Position numbers and translations under genes: made by a program
Notes under the pieces: generated by a model
What the model saw: only the letters and a program-made list of their open reading frames with translations
Told to the model about the DNA's origin: nothing
The model's database searches: none
Part shown: positions 48,894 to 61,612 of the stretch, piece by piece
How positions within the stretch are numbered: position 1 is the stretch's first letter
How the letters are laid out: each line of letters begins with the position of its first letter
From: Microthyrium microscopicum
Taxonomy: Eukaryota
NCBI GenBank assembly: GCA_010405405.1
Contig: MU004237.1
Coordinates: 2,305,345-2,369,344, forward strand
Length of the DNA stretch: 64,000 bases
Direction of reading: 5' to 3'

Positions 48894-51800
48894 ATATCTT
48901 TACTTATTTAATACTTATTATAATTTTATTATACTTATTTTACTCTTTTCTTTACTAATTCTTAAATAATTAAGGTAGTATTAACTTACTAATAATTACT
49001 TAATAAATACTTTCTTTATAAACTTAGTAAAAGTTCTATATATAATAAATATAATGCTATCTTAATTTAGTAAAGAAGCTAATAAAACCTATAACTAGTA
49101 CTAGCCTATTATTTCTAACTCTATTACTAAAGTTACTAATCTAAAAAGAATATATTAAATACTTAATTAAAAAGTAAAAAGTAAGTATAGAAAACTTACT
49201 AGGGTTTCCTCCTAATAGTAACGCTATAATTAGGATTAAGCTATATTTAGTAAGTAGATCCTACGCTAAGTCTACTAAACTATAAGTTACTTATAACTTA
49301 ACTAAACTTTAATAAACTCTAGTTTCTTAAAATAATTATTCCTTAAAGTTAACTAAGTAATCTTTTATTAAGCTTTAAGTATTACGTTCTTTATATATAA
49401 ACCTTAAACTTAAATAAAACTAAATCTTAGAAAAGGCTAATACTTTTCCTAAAATAGAACTAACTAATCTAATAATATATTCTTATATAGGTACTATATA
49501 TATACTATAAAAGAATAAGTAACTAGCTTATTAAACTATTATGCTCCTTCTTTATTCTACTAAACTAATACTTTTATAATACTTAAGTAGTTTATTAATT
49601 TATAAGTTAAACCTAAATAAATATTAGTAAGTATAATAATTAATATAATTTATTAAATAGAAGTTATAAAACATAGTATAGAAAACTACTATATAAAGAT
49701 AAAATAGTTAAAAAATAAGCTTAAGGAATTTATATAATATTACTATAAATACTACTAGAATTAGAACTACTAATTAAAAATTAAATTAATTAAAAGTAGT
49801 ACTAAATTATAAATCTAGAAGCTAGGGAAATTATTAGTTAAGTATTAATATATTTCTATAAAAAATTAATTATATTTCTATCTAATACTATTAATTACTT
49901 ACTAAAAAATATAATAATAGTTATTAAGCTCTAACTCTAATTCTAATAAACTTTCTTAGGCTATTAGTCTATAGAGAAGTTATAGTCTTATTTAAAGTAG
50001 ATATAATATTAGTTAGTAAAAAATAACTTAAGAAGGATTAATAAAGTTAATTATTAAGCTACTAGGTACTTAAGGATAAGAATAGTAGGCTTTTTAATAT
50101 CTAAACTATATCCTTTTAAGACTCTCTAATTAGGAGTAACTCTATTTTTTCTCTTATACGTAATATAGTTATTTATATCTTTATTATTAAATTTATAATA
50201 GCGTTCTAACTACTTCTTACTATTATATTTATAAAGAGGGTAGCCTTTATTAAAGTTAACTTCTTAAACTAATTACTTATTCTCTCCTTATTCTATCTTT
50301 ACTCTATTTATCTTTTTTAAAGCTCTTAAAGATATATTAATTTTTTTAGCGTTATTTAAAATATAAATAAGCTAGTAATACTCTCTTTATTTAGTACTAT
50401 TTATCTAAATAAAGCTTACCTTAGCTTTACTTATACTTTTAAGAATTCTTCTTATTTACTTTTACCTTTTAGAAGATTTAAGTTACTAAACTTAACTAAT
50501 AAGCCTATTATATTACTATTACAATCTATATATATCTTTATCTTCTCTATTTTTAAACATACTCTAAAAATATCTAACTTCTCTTTACTATTTATATAGT
50601 GCTAAAGGTCCTTATAAAAAAGCGTTAGGTAAGATTCTTTAATTTAATATTATATTATATTAATTTATATTTAGTTATTAGTATTAAGGACTTAATTAAA
50701 TCTATAACCTTTAGAGTAAATATTATTAAGATAATATATAAGACAAAATAAAGCTTATAAATTCTTAGCTACTCCCTAATAAACTAAGAAAGTAGCTAGA
50801 AACGTATAAACTTTATTTATTTTAAAGACTTTTTAGCTAAATACTTCTATATTAGAATATTTTATAAAGTAGTAACTTTAACTATAAAGTAAGATTTAGA
50901 GAAAGTTATACCTATATTAACTTATAATTTTAATCTACTCTTTATTCTAGATAATATACTACTAAAAAGTATATTATACTAAAAGAGGGTTAAATTTAAC
51001 TTATATATACTACTCTTAGTATTTTTAAGTTTTTATTTTTTAATATTAGACCCTAACTACCTTTTAAATAAACTAAGAAAATAATTAAGGTCTAATATAG
51101 CTTTAAAGAAGCTAATGCCTATCTAAATTAGGATTTTTATTAGTTTAATATTAAGTTAGCATTCTTTTTAATAGTAAAAAGAAATAAATAAATTTTTACT
51201 TATTAGTTATCTTATTACTAATATATATTTCTTTTATATAAAGTATTACTTTAATTAATAATATAGTAGATAAAGATTTAGTACTTTATTAGTATATATA
51301 TAATAAAGTCCTTAGTAAAAATATACTATTATATTAGATATAACTATCTTTCTAAAAAGAAGTACTACTAGCTATACTTTAATTAATACTTATAATATAT
51401 ACCTAAGTTTATAATTAGCTTTAACCTATTAATATAATATTATCTCTATAAATAGAAGACTTTCTAAAAAGATAAAAAAACTAAATATATAATAAGTATC
51501 TAGAGTAGATAAAGTAATATACTTACTTTACTATTCTAAGTATAGTAATAATAAGTAAAAGTAAATATATTAAAAAATAACTACTAAAATAAATAGAGAT
51601 ACTAAAAGTAATCTCTACTATTTTAAAGTAAATTAATAGATAATAAAATAAATTTAGAATTTATCTAAAGTATATATTATAGGCTTAAATCTAGTAAAGA
51701 ATAGTCTATAATACGCTTTTTATATTTTTATTTCTATTAGTTATAATATATAAAATATAAGCTTACTATTCTATACCTTTAGATATTTTAAATAAACTCT

Positions 51801-53868
51801 TAGTTTATTCTTAAAGTTATTAATTATTATTAAGTAATAAAGTAGATAAATATATAAGCTCTATAAGTTAAAAATTTAACTACTTAGATTTTATAATATC
51901 TCTTTATAAATAAGCATAATAACTAGTTAGTAATTACTATAGCTAGTAATATATTTTTAGATATTAGCTAACTTTAAGCTACTTTTTTACTACTTAATTA
52001 TTTAGTATTTAGATATATACTATAGTTATTACTTTTACTTACTAGAGATTAGTACTTTTTAACTTAAGGAGAATGCTACTTAAATAAAAATATTTAGAAG
52101 TAGTTAACTAGTCTATCTCTATATATTAATAAACTAATAATAATATTTATTAATATCTATTTACGTTATCTAGTATATATTAATAGAAAGTATATTCTTA
52201 TCTTTCTTATAATATATTATTAATTATATACTAAATAATAAAGTTTCTCTATTTTTTTAAAGACTTCTATATCTATATTCTTTTAATAATAATATTTACT
52301 ACTTTAGATTAATAATATATACTAAGATTTCTATCTAAGGAAAAATTAAATATATTTAAAGTATAACTACTAGCTAATAAATAATATAGTTAAATTACCT
52401 TAATAAGGCTATCTAAAGTCTTTATCTAATAAACTTAACTTTCTTAGAAAAAATATATACTTTATACTAAAGTAAAGAGTATAACCTTTATTATACGTTA
52501 GGGCTAATATATTAGATATACCTATTAATACTAAATTAAGGTAAAATTACTTTTTATAAATAAGAATACTCTTAGTAAAATTAAAAGCTTATAGTTTATA
52601 TAGGTTAATAATCCTATAACCTACTTATACTATTTATATTATTTCTAATATAGTGCTTATACTTCTTAAGGATATAGAGTAGTATATAGAATTATCTCTA
52701 TATATAATAATAATAAGGTTATAATAATATTAGAAAGTCTTTAGAGAGCCTAGTTTAAATAAAAATTATAGTAGAAAATTATAATAGTTAGCTTTAGTTT
52801 TTAGGCTTTACCTTCCTTTTAATTACTAACTTACTAATATTTAGTTTAAATAGTATTTAAATAATATGCTAGTTTTTAACTAACTTTTCTCTATATTATA
52901 AAATATAAGCTTCTTTAATATATAGAATAACCTAATTGCTATACCCTAGACTAGAGTATAACTACTATATAAGTATAATAAGTTATATAAAACTATAGCC
53001 TTAGAAGAGTATTATTAGTAAAATAGGTAAAGAAAGAATAAGATTAGACTTAAAAGGTATACTAGAATTACTCTATTATAACTAGTAAGCTTATCTATAA
53101 TATAAAATCTCTAAATAAGAAAGTAATTAGTTATTATTAATAAGCCTACTATAGATAGTAGTCTATAGTAGGCTATAACTAATAAAGAGTAGTAATATTA
53201 TTTATATCTTATATATAGTATCTTTAAGTAGTAAGTAGTTATAGTATTTAGTATAACTAAAATACTAATTAATTAATAGTTAAAAACTACCTATATTACT
53301 ATAAATTAACTTAGCGTAATATAATATATTAATATAAAATATATTAATATTAAAGATATTAAGACTTTTTTTTAAAAGAAAAAAATTAATATAAAAAATA
53401 CCTTATTATTTTAATCTTCTCTAAAAAGCGTATTAAAAAAAAGTAACTAATAAAGTATAATAAGATATTTCTAATAATAAATACTAAAATATAAATAGTT
53501 ATAAAGATTATTATAATATTATTACCTTAAAAGAGTCCTAATATTAATTAAGATCTATTAAGATACCTTTATAGTAATTTTACTAAGTATTAGTATAAAT
53601 ATACTACTTAATAAGCTTTATTATAGAAAGCTTTGCTTACCTAAGTAATACGTAGTATTAAATAATACTACTTAGTAATAGAAAAGCTTTATAGCTATCC
53701 TAGCTAGTTAATATTTATATATCTAGAAAACTAGATTAGGTTATAAAAATAGGTTAAACTAATAATCTCTATTAGTTTTAGCTACCTTAAAGCTAAGTAA
53801 TTATTAAATAGTACTTTAAAAAGTAACTATAAGTTATTCTTTTTGTTTTACTAAAATAAATATATATA

Positions 53869-53932
53869 ATAAGTAAAATAATATCTTAATCCCTTATATA
53901 ATAAGTAAAATAATATCTTAATCCCTTATATA
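53869..53932. repeat. Perfect 2x 32-bp tandem duplication inside the transposon
   Basis: ataagtaaaataatatcttaatcccttatata repeated twice. Confidence 0.9.
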
Positions 53933-55741
53933 AGGTATCTCTTTATAAAGGATAGATATCTTAATATATTTTAATAAGTTATTTATAAAGTATACGCTAT
54001 AAATAAAATACTAAGTATTTTACTATAAGGTATCTTACTATATATATTCTCTTAAGTAATCTTTAAGAAGAAATAGTATAGTAGGCTTTATAATTAATTT
54101 TATATATATAGAAGTATACTATATTAGAAAGTATAGAATTAAGAGTAAAGAGAGCTTTTTAACTAAGAAGGCTTACTTTATAATAGTAGAACGTTATTCC
54201 TAAAGTAATACTTACTACTAAATTATTATAGTAAGACTACGTAAGTATAAAACTACTATATAGTATAAGCTTAAATAATTACTATAAATTCTATATAATT
54301 TTAAGTTATATAAATTTTTTTAGATAATTATAAATAATATTTTTTCCTTTTTTTATAAAATAGCTAAAAAAAAATTATTTTTCTACTAACCTAGCTCTTA
54401 ATATAGCTATAAAGAAACTTAATAAGACTTAGATACGTATACTACTTACTATATAAACTAGCTTAGCGCTACTTAGATATAATAGCTAGATTAAAGTTAT
54501 AATTTCTCTCTTACTTAATACTAAAAAATCTTACTTTACTAAACCTTTTCTATTATAATTTTATTACCTAATTATATTAGTTATACTTAATTTAATAAGA
54601 AAAGATAAACTTATATATAATTTAGCTCTATAAAATTATTATATAGTAGTGTTAATTATCTTAGTACTAATTTTATACTATTTTTTTACTTTTTTTATAT
54701 TCTTATAGATATAGTATTCTATAATAATAAGCTAGCTCCTTAGATATTTAAGTATAAATATATTTTATAAAATAATTAGTATTTATAAAGAATACTTACG
54801 CCTCTAGCGTTAGTAGTTTTACTAATTAATAAGCTAAATAATATATATAATAATTTAGTACGTAAGCTAAGGAATATAAACCTACTAAAACGTAACTTTA
54901 CCTTATATAATATAAATAGAGAAGTCTAAAATACTCTATATTAACGTCTTAAAGCTTATATAATTATATTAAAAGCTAGAAATTACTTTTAAGGATATAA
55001 ATTAGTAGTAAAGAAGTATTAGAAAATATTATAGCTAAAGGAATAGAAGTTTTTAGTAACTTAGACTTACTAAAAGTTAGTAAAGTAGTTATAAGTAAAA
55101 AGGACAACGTATTAAAATAATATTATTTAGTAAAGGATTATATCCTCTTTACTATTAAGATATAATGCTTAACCTAAAAAGATAATATATAAAGAAATAA
55201 CCTAAGAACCTATAAAAGAAATAACGCCTTAAAAAGAATATTATAGCTAAGGCTTACCTATAAGCTAATTTAGTAAGAAACTATTATTACTAAGCTTTAC
55301 TAAACTTTACTATAGTTATAAATTTATAATCTTACTTTTATCCTTTTAAGGAAGAAGCTTTATAATACTTATTCTAATTAAAACCCTTAGGTAGTATTAT
55401 TTTATTTATTAAAGCTATTTTAGGAAAGATATTATAAGTATAGTTCTCCTAAAGAATATTTCTTTATTAAATTTAATAAGCTTCTCTATAAACTAATATC
55501 TTTACTTATAATATATCTCTATAACTATACTAAAATCTATATATAGCTTACTAGACTCTTTTATATAAGCTATAGTATTATATAAGAGTACTACCTTACT
55601 AAATATTAGTAACCTTATTATAAATAAAGATAATTTCTATTACTAAAATATAAAAAATAATTATTACTAAAAATACTATTTAGAGATAACCTTAACTAAG
55701 AGTAGAGTAGAATAAATATTAGAATTATTATTAATAAGGGC

Positions 55742-55845
55742 TAACGTTGCTAATATAGTAATATAGTAACGTGTTTAGAAGTTTAGAAGTTTAGAAGTTT
55801 AGAAGTTCTTATCTTGAGCGGTGTTGGCGGTAATGCGCCGTCATA
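55742..55845 (-). repeat. Right terminal inverted repeat (4x ttagaagt internal units)
   Basis: Reverse complement of 44534-44629 plus one extra 8-mer. Confidence 0.93.
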
Positions 55846-56121
55846 GACATATGATTAGTCAAACATTTTTGATAGCCACGATCCACGAGCCACAGTCGCG
55901 ATTTCCCATTTCAGCCACTTCAATATTGACTCCATCATCGCATCTTGATCAACACATTTTCCTTGTGACATCTTCCCACCTTACAACATTGACCCTCCAC
56001 TATCTACTATCCTCACGCTTGCCCTTCAACGAACTCTGTCCTTATTCGTACTCATTAACCTGTCCGTCAGATCGCGTTGCTCAGATGACAATATGATATC
56101 GCTGCCAGCTCTCTAGCCATC

Positions 56122-57400
56122 ATGGACGGTGTTGACGCGACTGTTCGCGGCTCTGTGAGAACTTCTTCTGGTGATTCTATCTAATATGACATTTGTTCGT
56201 GTGCTGACATTGTAGTGAAGCTGCTCCACCCTCTCTCCTAACCATAATACTCGATACGAATCCTCTCTCGTGGTCTCATTTATCATCCTCCTTGCCACTC
56301 TCCGCCGTCCTCAAAACACTGCTCATCTTCGTCAATGCCCACCTTGCCATAAATCACGCAAATCAAGTCGCCGTTCTAGCTAGTCATGTCGATAATGTAG
56401 CTTGGTTATACCCTACACCAGATGACGGAGATGCCTCGAAGCAATCTTCTCAGACAAATGGACATACGGAGGTAGCAGATGAGCATAGGGTGGTTAGCAA
56501 CAAATACCGACCCTTCTTGACCATAGAAAAAAACATAAGCAAGAATCTGCGGAATCTACTTACATCAGACATACCATCTGCCGAAGCTCTCAAGTCTCCT
56601 CCACTACTCGCCGGCGCTCTATCCATCGCCCTGGCATACGCCAACCTTCAGCTATTAAAAGCGGACCCAATGACCAGCGATAGTGCATCAACTGGTACGG
56701 GAGCCGTCGGTGCTGCTGATTTGGACGCACATACTTCCGCGCTGCGAACCGCTAGATCAGGTCATCAATTCGTCAGTCGAATATTGATCGTCAGCGTATC
56801 ACAGGCGGACTTGTCGAGTCAGTATATTGGACTGATGAACTCTGTATTCGCAGCTCAGCGACTGAACATACCACTTGACGTTCTTCGTATAGGCGAACGC
56901 ACTGCATTTCTTCAACAAGCAAGCGATGCTACATCTGGAGTCTACCTAACCTATGATCCTCCAAACTCGACAGCGAATGGTACAAATGGGGCAGCTACAG
57001 CGAGCTTTAGTTCCGCTACTGCAGGACTGCTTCAAACCTTGATGCAGGGGTACTTTTCGGATGTCGCAGCACGAAAATTGCTTGTCATGCCTGGGTCCGC
57101 CGAAGTCGACTTTCGTGCCGCCTGCTTTTGTCATGGCAAGATTGTAGACTTGGGAGGTGTTTGCTCTGTATGCTTGAGCAGTAAGATAACCTCCTGCAAC
57201 AAATATCGAGTTTTTTCTAATGCGATCTAGTTTTCTGCCTTCCACTGGAATTTACCTCGTGTCCGACTTGTCAATCCCCTCTGAGAGTACCCAAGTCAGT
57301 GACAACCAAACCCGTCGCCTTTGCGAGAAGAAAGAAGAAGAAGAGAAAGATTGGCGACGGCGGACGAGATTCTGCGGCTGGGACTCCTGTTCCCAATTGA
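56122..57400 (+). CDS. TFB4: TFIIH subunit Tfb4/p34 (3 exons)
   Basis: PSLLTIILDTNP..W, LLIFVNAHLA, SRILIVS, QYIGLMNSVFAAQR, FLQQASDATSGVY, VDFRAACFCH..VCSVCLS/IFC..CPTC zinc finger. Confidence 0.93.
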
Positions 57401-57713
57401 TTTAATATGTACTCTACTACTTTGATGCTGTTGTGGTAGGATGTGAAAGTTGCATTTGTTGGGCGTTTTGAGCTTTAAGTAATTGCATAGCGTTCACTCT
57501 GTTATCATGAACTTTTGCATTGAATTCAATTTTATCTATTTGCTCACTGATTACCCTCACATTCTACATTATGCAACATAGTACACGATATTTTGATGTA
57601 TTGTACTCCTTTTTCTGGCCATTAAGGCTGCGCCCTAGCCCTCGTGGCCATCTCCTACTGACGCTCCACTCGAAATCAGACTCCTCAACATCAACATCAG
57701 CAGCAACAAATGA

Positions 57714-58664
57714 ATGAAAAACATTGACAAAGTTCCCAAAAATCTAGGCGCTCATCGACAAGCTGGTTTGCTGAATTCTCCCTATATATGCTGTTATAAC
57801 TAACGTTCCACAGCCATCGCGCTTTTCCGCGCTCTCCTCTCACAATGTAGTCTTCTTCCCATTGACCCAGGCTCCATCCACGCCCTCAAAAACATAATCC
57901 GCCAACGTTTTCGCCTCGCGCGCCCTCAACGTATTCGTCTCGGTCTAGCCTTTCAATCTGGCTATACCGCCCTCGACATTCTCGATGCGTCCGTCGCCGG
58001 CTCTGCTGATGCGACCAAACGCGTCCTGGATCTGCTCGCGCGCACACCGAACAAGCTGAAAACTACGCCCCTCTCGAGACAGGTTTTCTTTAAGAATGAA
58101 CGGGAAGCAAAAAAGAACCCAGCACATGCAGATCCGCCACCAGAGAAGCGTTTTGAGGCAGTGTTTCCTCGCGAAAAAGTGGAAGGCGTGCGCAAGGTCC
58201 CTTTCATGGTCAACGCAAATGGCCTGCCATTTATACGGTGGAAGAAACCGCAGCCAAAGAATGTCAGTCGTACAATCTGGATGAAACTGCGCACGCAACA
58301 GCGGCAGCTGGATCAGGTTCAGGCGATTGCAGCTCTGCATTGGCCGTTGGCGGATCGGGAGGATGAATGGGATGGCATGATGAAGAGACTAGGCGCAGAG
58401 TATGAAGAGACTAGGGGCAGGTGGGCAGAAGCGGTGGAAGGGTATGAGAAGGAGTTGAGTGATAAATGGCGGGCGGACAAAAAGAGGGATCGAGAGAGGG
58501 TTGAGAGGTTTACAAAGATTATTTGGAGAGAGAGGGAACTTGCGGAGAAAGAGAGGGTAGAGAGGAAGGCTTTGAAATTGGAGAAGAGGACTGAAAGTCT
58601 AGCAGAGCGAGTGAAGTCTGAATTGTCTGAGAAGTCTGCATTGTCAGAGTGGAATGCGGTGTAG
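57714..58664 (+). CDS. Mitochondrial LYR-motif (Complex1_LYR-like) protein
   Basis: GAHRQAA/IALFRALLSQC..IIRQRF; VPFMVNANGLPFIRWKKPQP; coiled-coil tail. Confidence 0.75.
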
Positions 58665-59022
58665 TTGAGTTGTTGTCTCCATATTTTTTGATATACTAGT
58701 CCGCTAAAGATACCCCAGATTACTAGCACATTATGAACTTAGCAACCTCTTGCCTTGCTAATGATTGTGAACCAGTAGAATTATCGTATACTCCCATGGA
58801 GAACGGCAACTCGGTACACACTGACATATGCCAAATGACCCGTTCCGGATAATATTAGCCAGTGTAGCCATTCAAAGGTACATCAGAATCCGACATACAT
58901 CGAGCATCGCCAAAACTCACAACGCGCCTGAAAACAAGCTCGAAAAGAAAATCAACTTCACTTCAGATCCTTGAACTCCTTCAGAAGACTCCTGACAACT
59001 CACCCAAACAACTAGAAATACC

Positions 59023-59571
59023 ATGGCGCATTCAGACTCCCACTCGCATTGCGCCAACTGCTCTCCTCAACCAGTCCTCCCGCGCGTCGTTAATCACATT
59101 GGCATATCCGTCCCCGACATCGACGCCGCCATAAAGTTCTACAGCGAATCCTTTGGCATCAAATGCCTACGCGAAAGCAACACCTACTCCGCCGCCAAAT
59201 CACCAAGCATTCCCATCTTTAAGATCTATGGCGCCGCGCTGAAAGAAGTTCGCGTCGCATACATGACCTCCGGCAACGGAGTCGGTATCGAGCTATTCCA
59301 ATTCATCGATCCAGTTCATGAGCCAAAACAGCCGTATAAGCACCCAGAAGGCGATTTACCATTCGACTATCCAAGAAGTGGATTCTTCCACGTAGCATTG
59401 ACAGTGCCGAGCGTGGAACAGGCGGTGGAGAGAGTGAAGGAGTTGGGTGGGAAGATTGTAGGGGAAGTGGTGGAGTTGGGAAAGAATAAGGCTGCGTATA
59501 TTCAGGATCCGTGGGGAAATGTTTTTGAGATGATTGATAATAGTTTTGAGTGTTTGTTTGCTAATACTTGA
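59023..59571 (+). CDS. Glyoxalase/bleomycin-resistance (VOC) family protein
   Basis: NHIGISVPDIDAAIKFY, GIELFQF, GFFHVALT, YIQDPWGNVFE. Confidence 0.92.
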   Translation: MAHSDSHSHCANCSPQPVLPRVVNHIGISVPDIDAAIKFYSESFGIKCLRESNTYSAAKSPSIPIFKIYGAALKEVRVAYMTSGNGVGIELFQFIDPVHEPKQPYKHPEGDLPFDYPRSGFFHVALTVPSVEQAVERVKELGGKIVGEVVELGKNKAAYIQDPWGNVFEMIDNSFECLFANT

Positions 59572-59684
59572 GAGTTTATACGAATGAATGCAAGTTATGG
59601 ATTTATGAGGCGGTCTATTCTAGTGGGCTTGCTTGCCTTGTGGATATCATTTTCACTCATTGAGGTCTTGGGCGACGCTATTCT

Positions 59685-60971
59685 CTACTTCATCTCTGGC
59701 CCAGCGAAGAAAATGCTCATTAGAGCCATTGTCTCTGCCATGTTACCATTATGCTGCTTTCGCCTATTCTCTGGTTAGACGCAATGAGCAGTATACATTG
59801 GACGGACATGACTTACAAAGGATGCTTCTCCAAATCATACGAAGCCTCCAGTGTCATATTATCTCCCTTCTTGACCTTCATCGGCTCTTTGGGATAGCAA
59901 TACGTCATCTCATTGATAGTACCTTCGCCAGGATTGTTTGGATCAGAGGCAGCTCCACCATACTTTGCGAAGGATGAACAAATCTCCTTTCCGTTGATCT
60001 TTGCGCTCAATGCAACACCTCCATCATGCAAATGGCCACCTAACACAGTCAGCACATGGAGTCATATCAGAACAACGTTCTTACGGAAAGCTAGGAAGAC
60101 TCCATCTTGGACAATAGTCATCTCTGAGCCTGAAACTGAATACTGCTTCACGTCTTTCGGCGGTGGATTTGCTTTCATTCCTCCAGTGCATGTCTTGACA
60201 TCCCAAAGCTGTGTTACTGCTTCCATACAATCAGACGCTTTGCCCTCAATGTACTGGATATCCGAAAGATGATATACTTCCTGTGTCTCGTTTTTGTAAT
60301 TGACAACATCCCCAAGCATTATAATCCTATCATTCTTCCCAATGTAATACCCAGAGTTGAACTCGCCACTCGGTGTGCTATAGAACGCACCTCCTTGGTC
60401 TTCAGAGCTGCCAGAAAACATTGACATTCCTGGTGGTTGTACGCCTCGACCATTGGCACATTTTGCAATCGTTGGTGCTGACTTGCTGGTATCGAGTACC
60501 AGTAGATGGTGGTTGTATAGGCCAGAGTTGATATCTGCCAGTTTGCCATCTTTCAATATCCATGTTGAGTTTGAAGTTATTATGGTCGCGTCGCGAGGGA
60601 TATCTGCGCTCTCGTAGTTGAAGGCGGTACCGGCTGGGTCCATGGATCTACCATTTCCAATCTTCTCCTTACTCTGCAAGAGAAAGATGATCAGTCTTCG
60701 TTGTAGTGATAAACACTCCCAGACTTACATTAGCTCCTTTTATTGGATAAGGGCCATATGTGAGTCTCAGTCTCTTGACGGTATGTCCTTTGCGTGATAC
60801 TGTTGGTGGTAGACCTGTCTCAATTTTCATGGCTTTCTGACTCTCCAACTTCCCCAACATTCCCGACAATTGTCTTTTGTCTATCTCCTAGTGAGCAAGA
60901 TACAACCTCGACTGTATAAAATTTCATACCATGCGACTTTGCTGGCGCTGCCGTGGCGCATAAAATTTCAT
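59685..60971 (-). CDS. Hypothetical protein with HH / HxH / Met motifs reminiscent of the copper type II (PHM-like) monooxygenase fold; multi-exon, 5' end uncertain
   Basis: Exons read KRLRLTYGPY, GLYNHHLL, SGYYIG..GDVVNY, GHLHDGG..NGKEICSS.A.YG, MTYC..VKKGD.MTLEASYD..KHP, MAETMALM. Confidence 0.6.
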
Positions 60972-61612
60972 TTTGCCAACTTGATAACGAAACAATTCCG
61001 AAAGGGAGCCCAGATGAAAAGAACATGTACTTCAAAGCCCCAAAAAATACCAACTTGTCGAGGATGCAGTGCTTTTAATAAATATGTCTAGCTCTGTTTT
61101 TGCCCGATATCACACCAGTTATCAGAATCGTTAAGCGATTCTTACGGCACCTGGACATAGCTCCATGGGCCCAAGTTGGTAAACTCAATCATTGGTCTGC
61201 TGAATATAATGGATGGTTGTGCAATAAATTCGAAACCAGCTTGATCACTCAAACCCCCATCTACAAGTTGACGATCTCGTTCGGTTATATGGCCCTGTAT
61301 GTCATCGACAAAGATTCGTGCTCCGATACAAGACCGATCAGGCCTAACCGGACAAAAGGCTGTCAGTCACCTACAATGTTCGCTTCAACCCTAGCAGACG
61401 TATTCACGTAGGTTGTTTCACCCAGACATGAGAGCACGCGACAGTGATATATTTTCCTTTCCAGGACACATTGAGGGCATGCGGCAAAAGAGCCTCACTT
61501 TCAAGCATTGACACGGATATAAGTAATCAGACAACTTGATTTACAACTTAAAATAAGGCTGAGCCCGCTAAACGCATTTACATGTTCCAACCAAGATACC
61601 TGATTTTATATC

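Larger units (their letters stand above)
44534..55845. mobile_element. 11.3-kb TIR DNA transposon, IS3EU-like, heavily RIP-mutated
   Basis: Inverted termini TATGACGGCGCATTA.CGCCAACACCGCTCAAGATAAGAAC... at both ends. Flanking direct repeat GACATA at 44528-44533 and 55846-55851. The interior is extremely AT/TpA-rich and CpA/TpG-depleted, with a DDE integrase relic. Confidence 0.9.

Noticed and set aside
44534..55845. AT-rich block as centromere, NUMT/organellar insertion or contamination
   Set aside because: It is bounded exactly by TIRs and a TSD, has a RIP dinucleotide signature, and contains a transposase relic.
44534..55845. Starship or LTR retrotransposon
   Set aside because: It has long symmetric TIRs and a DDE enzyme at the 5' end. 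I recognised no tyrosine-recombinase captain, no LTR direct repeats and no RT motifs.
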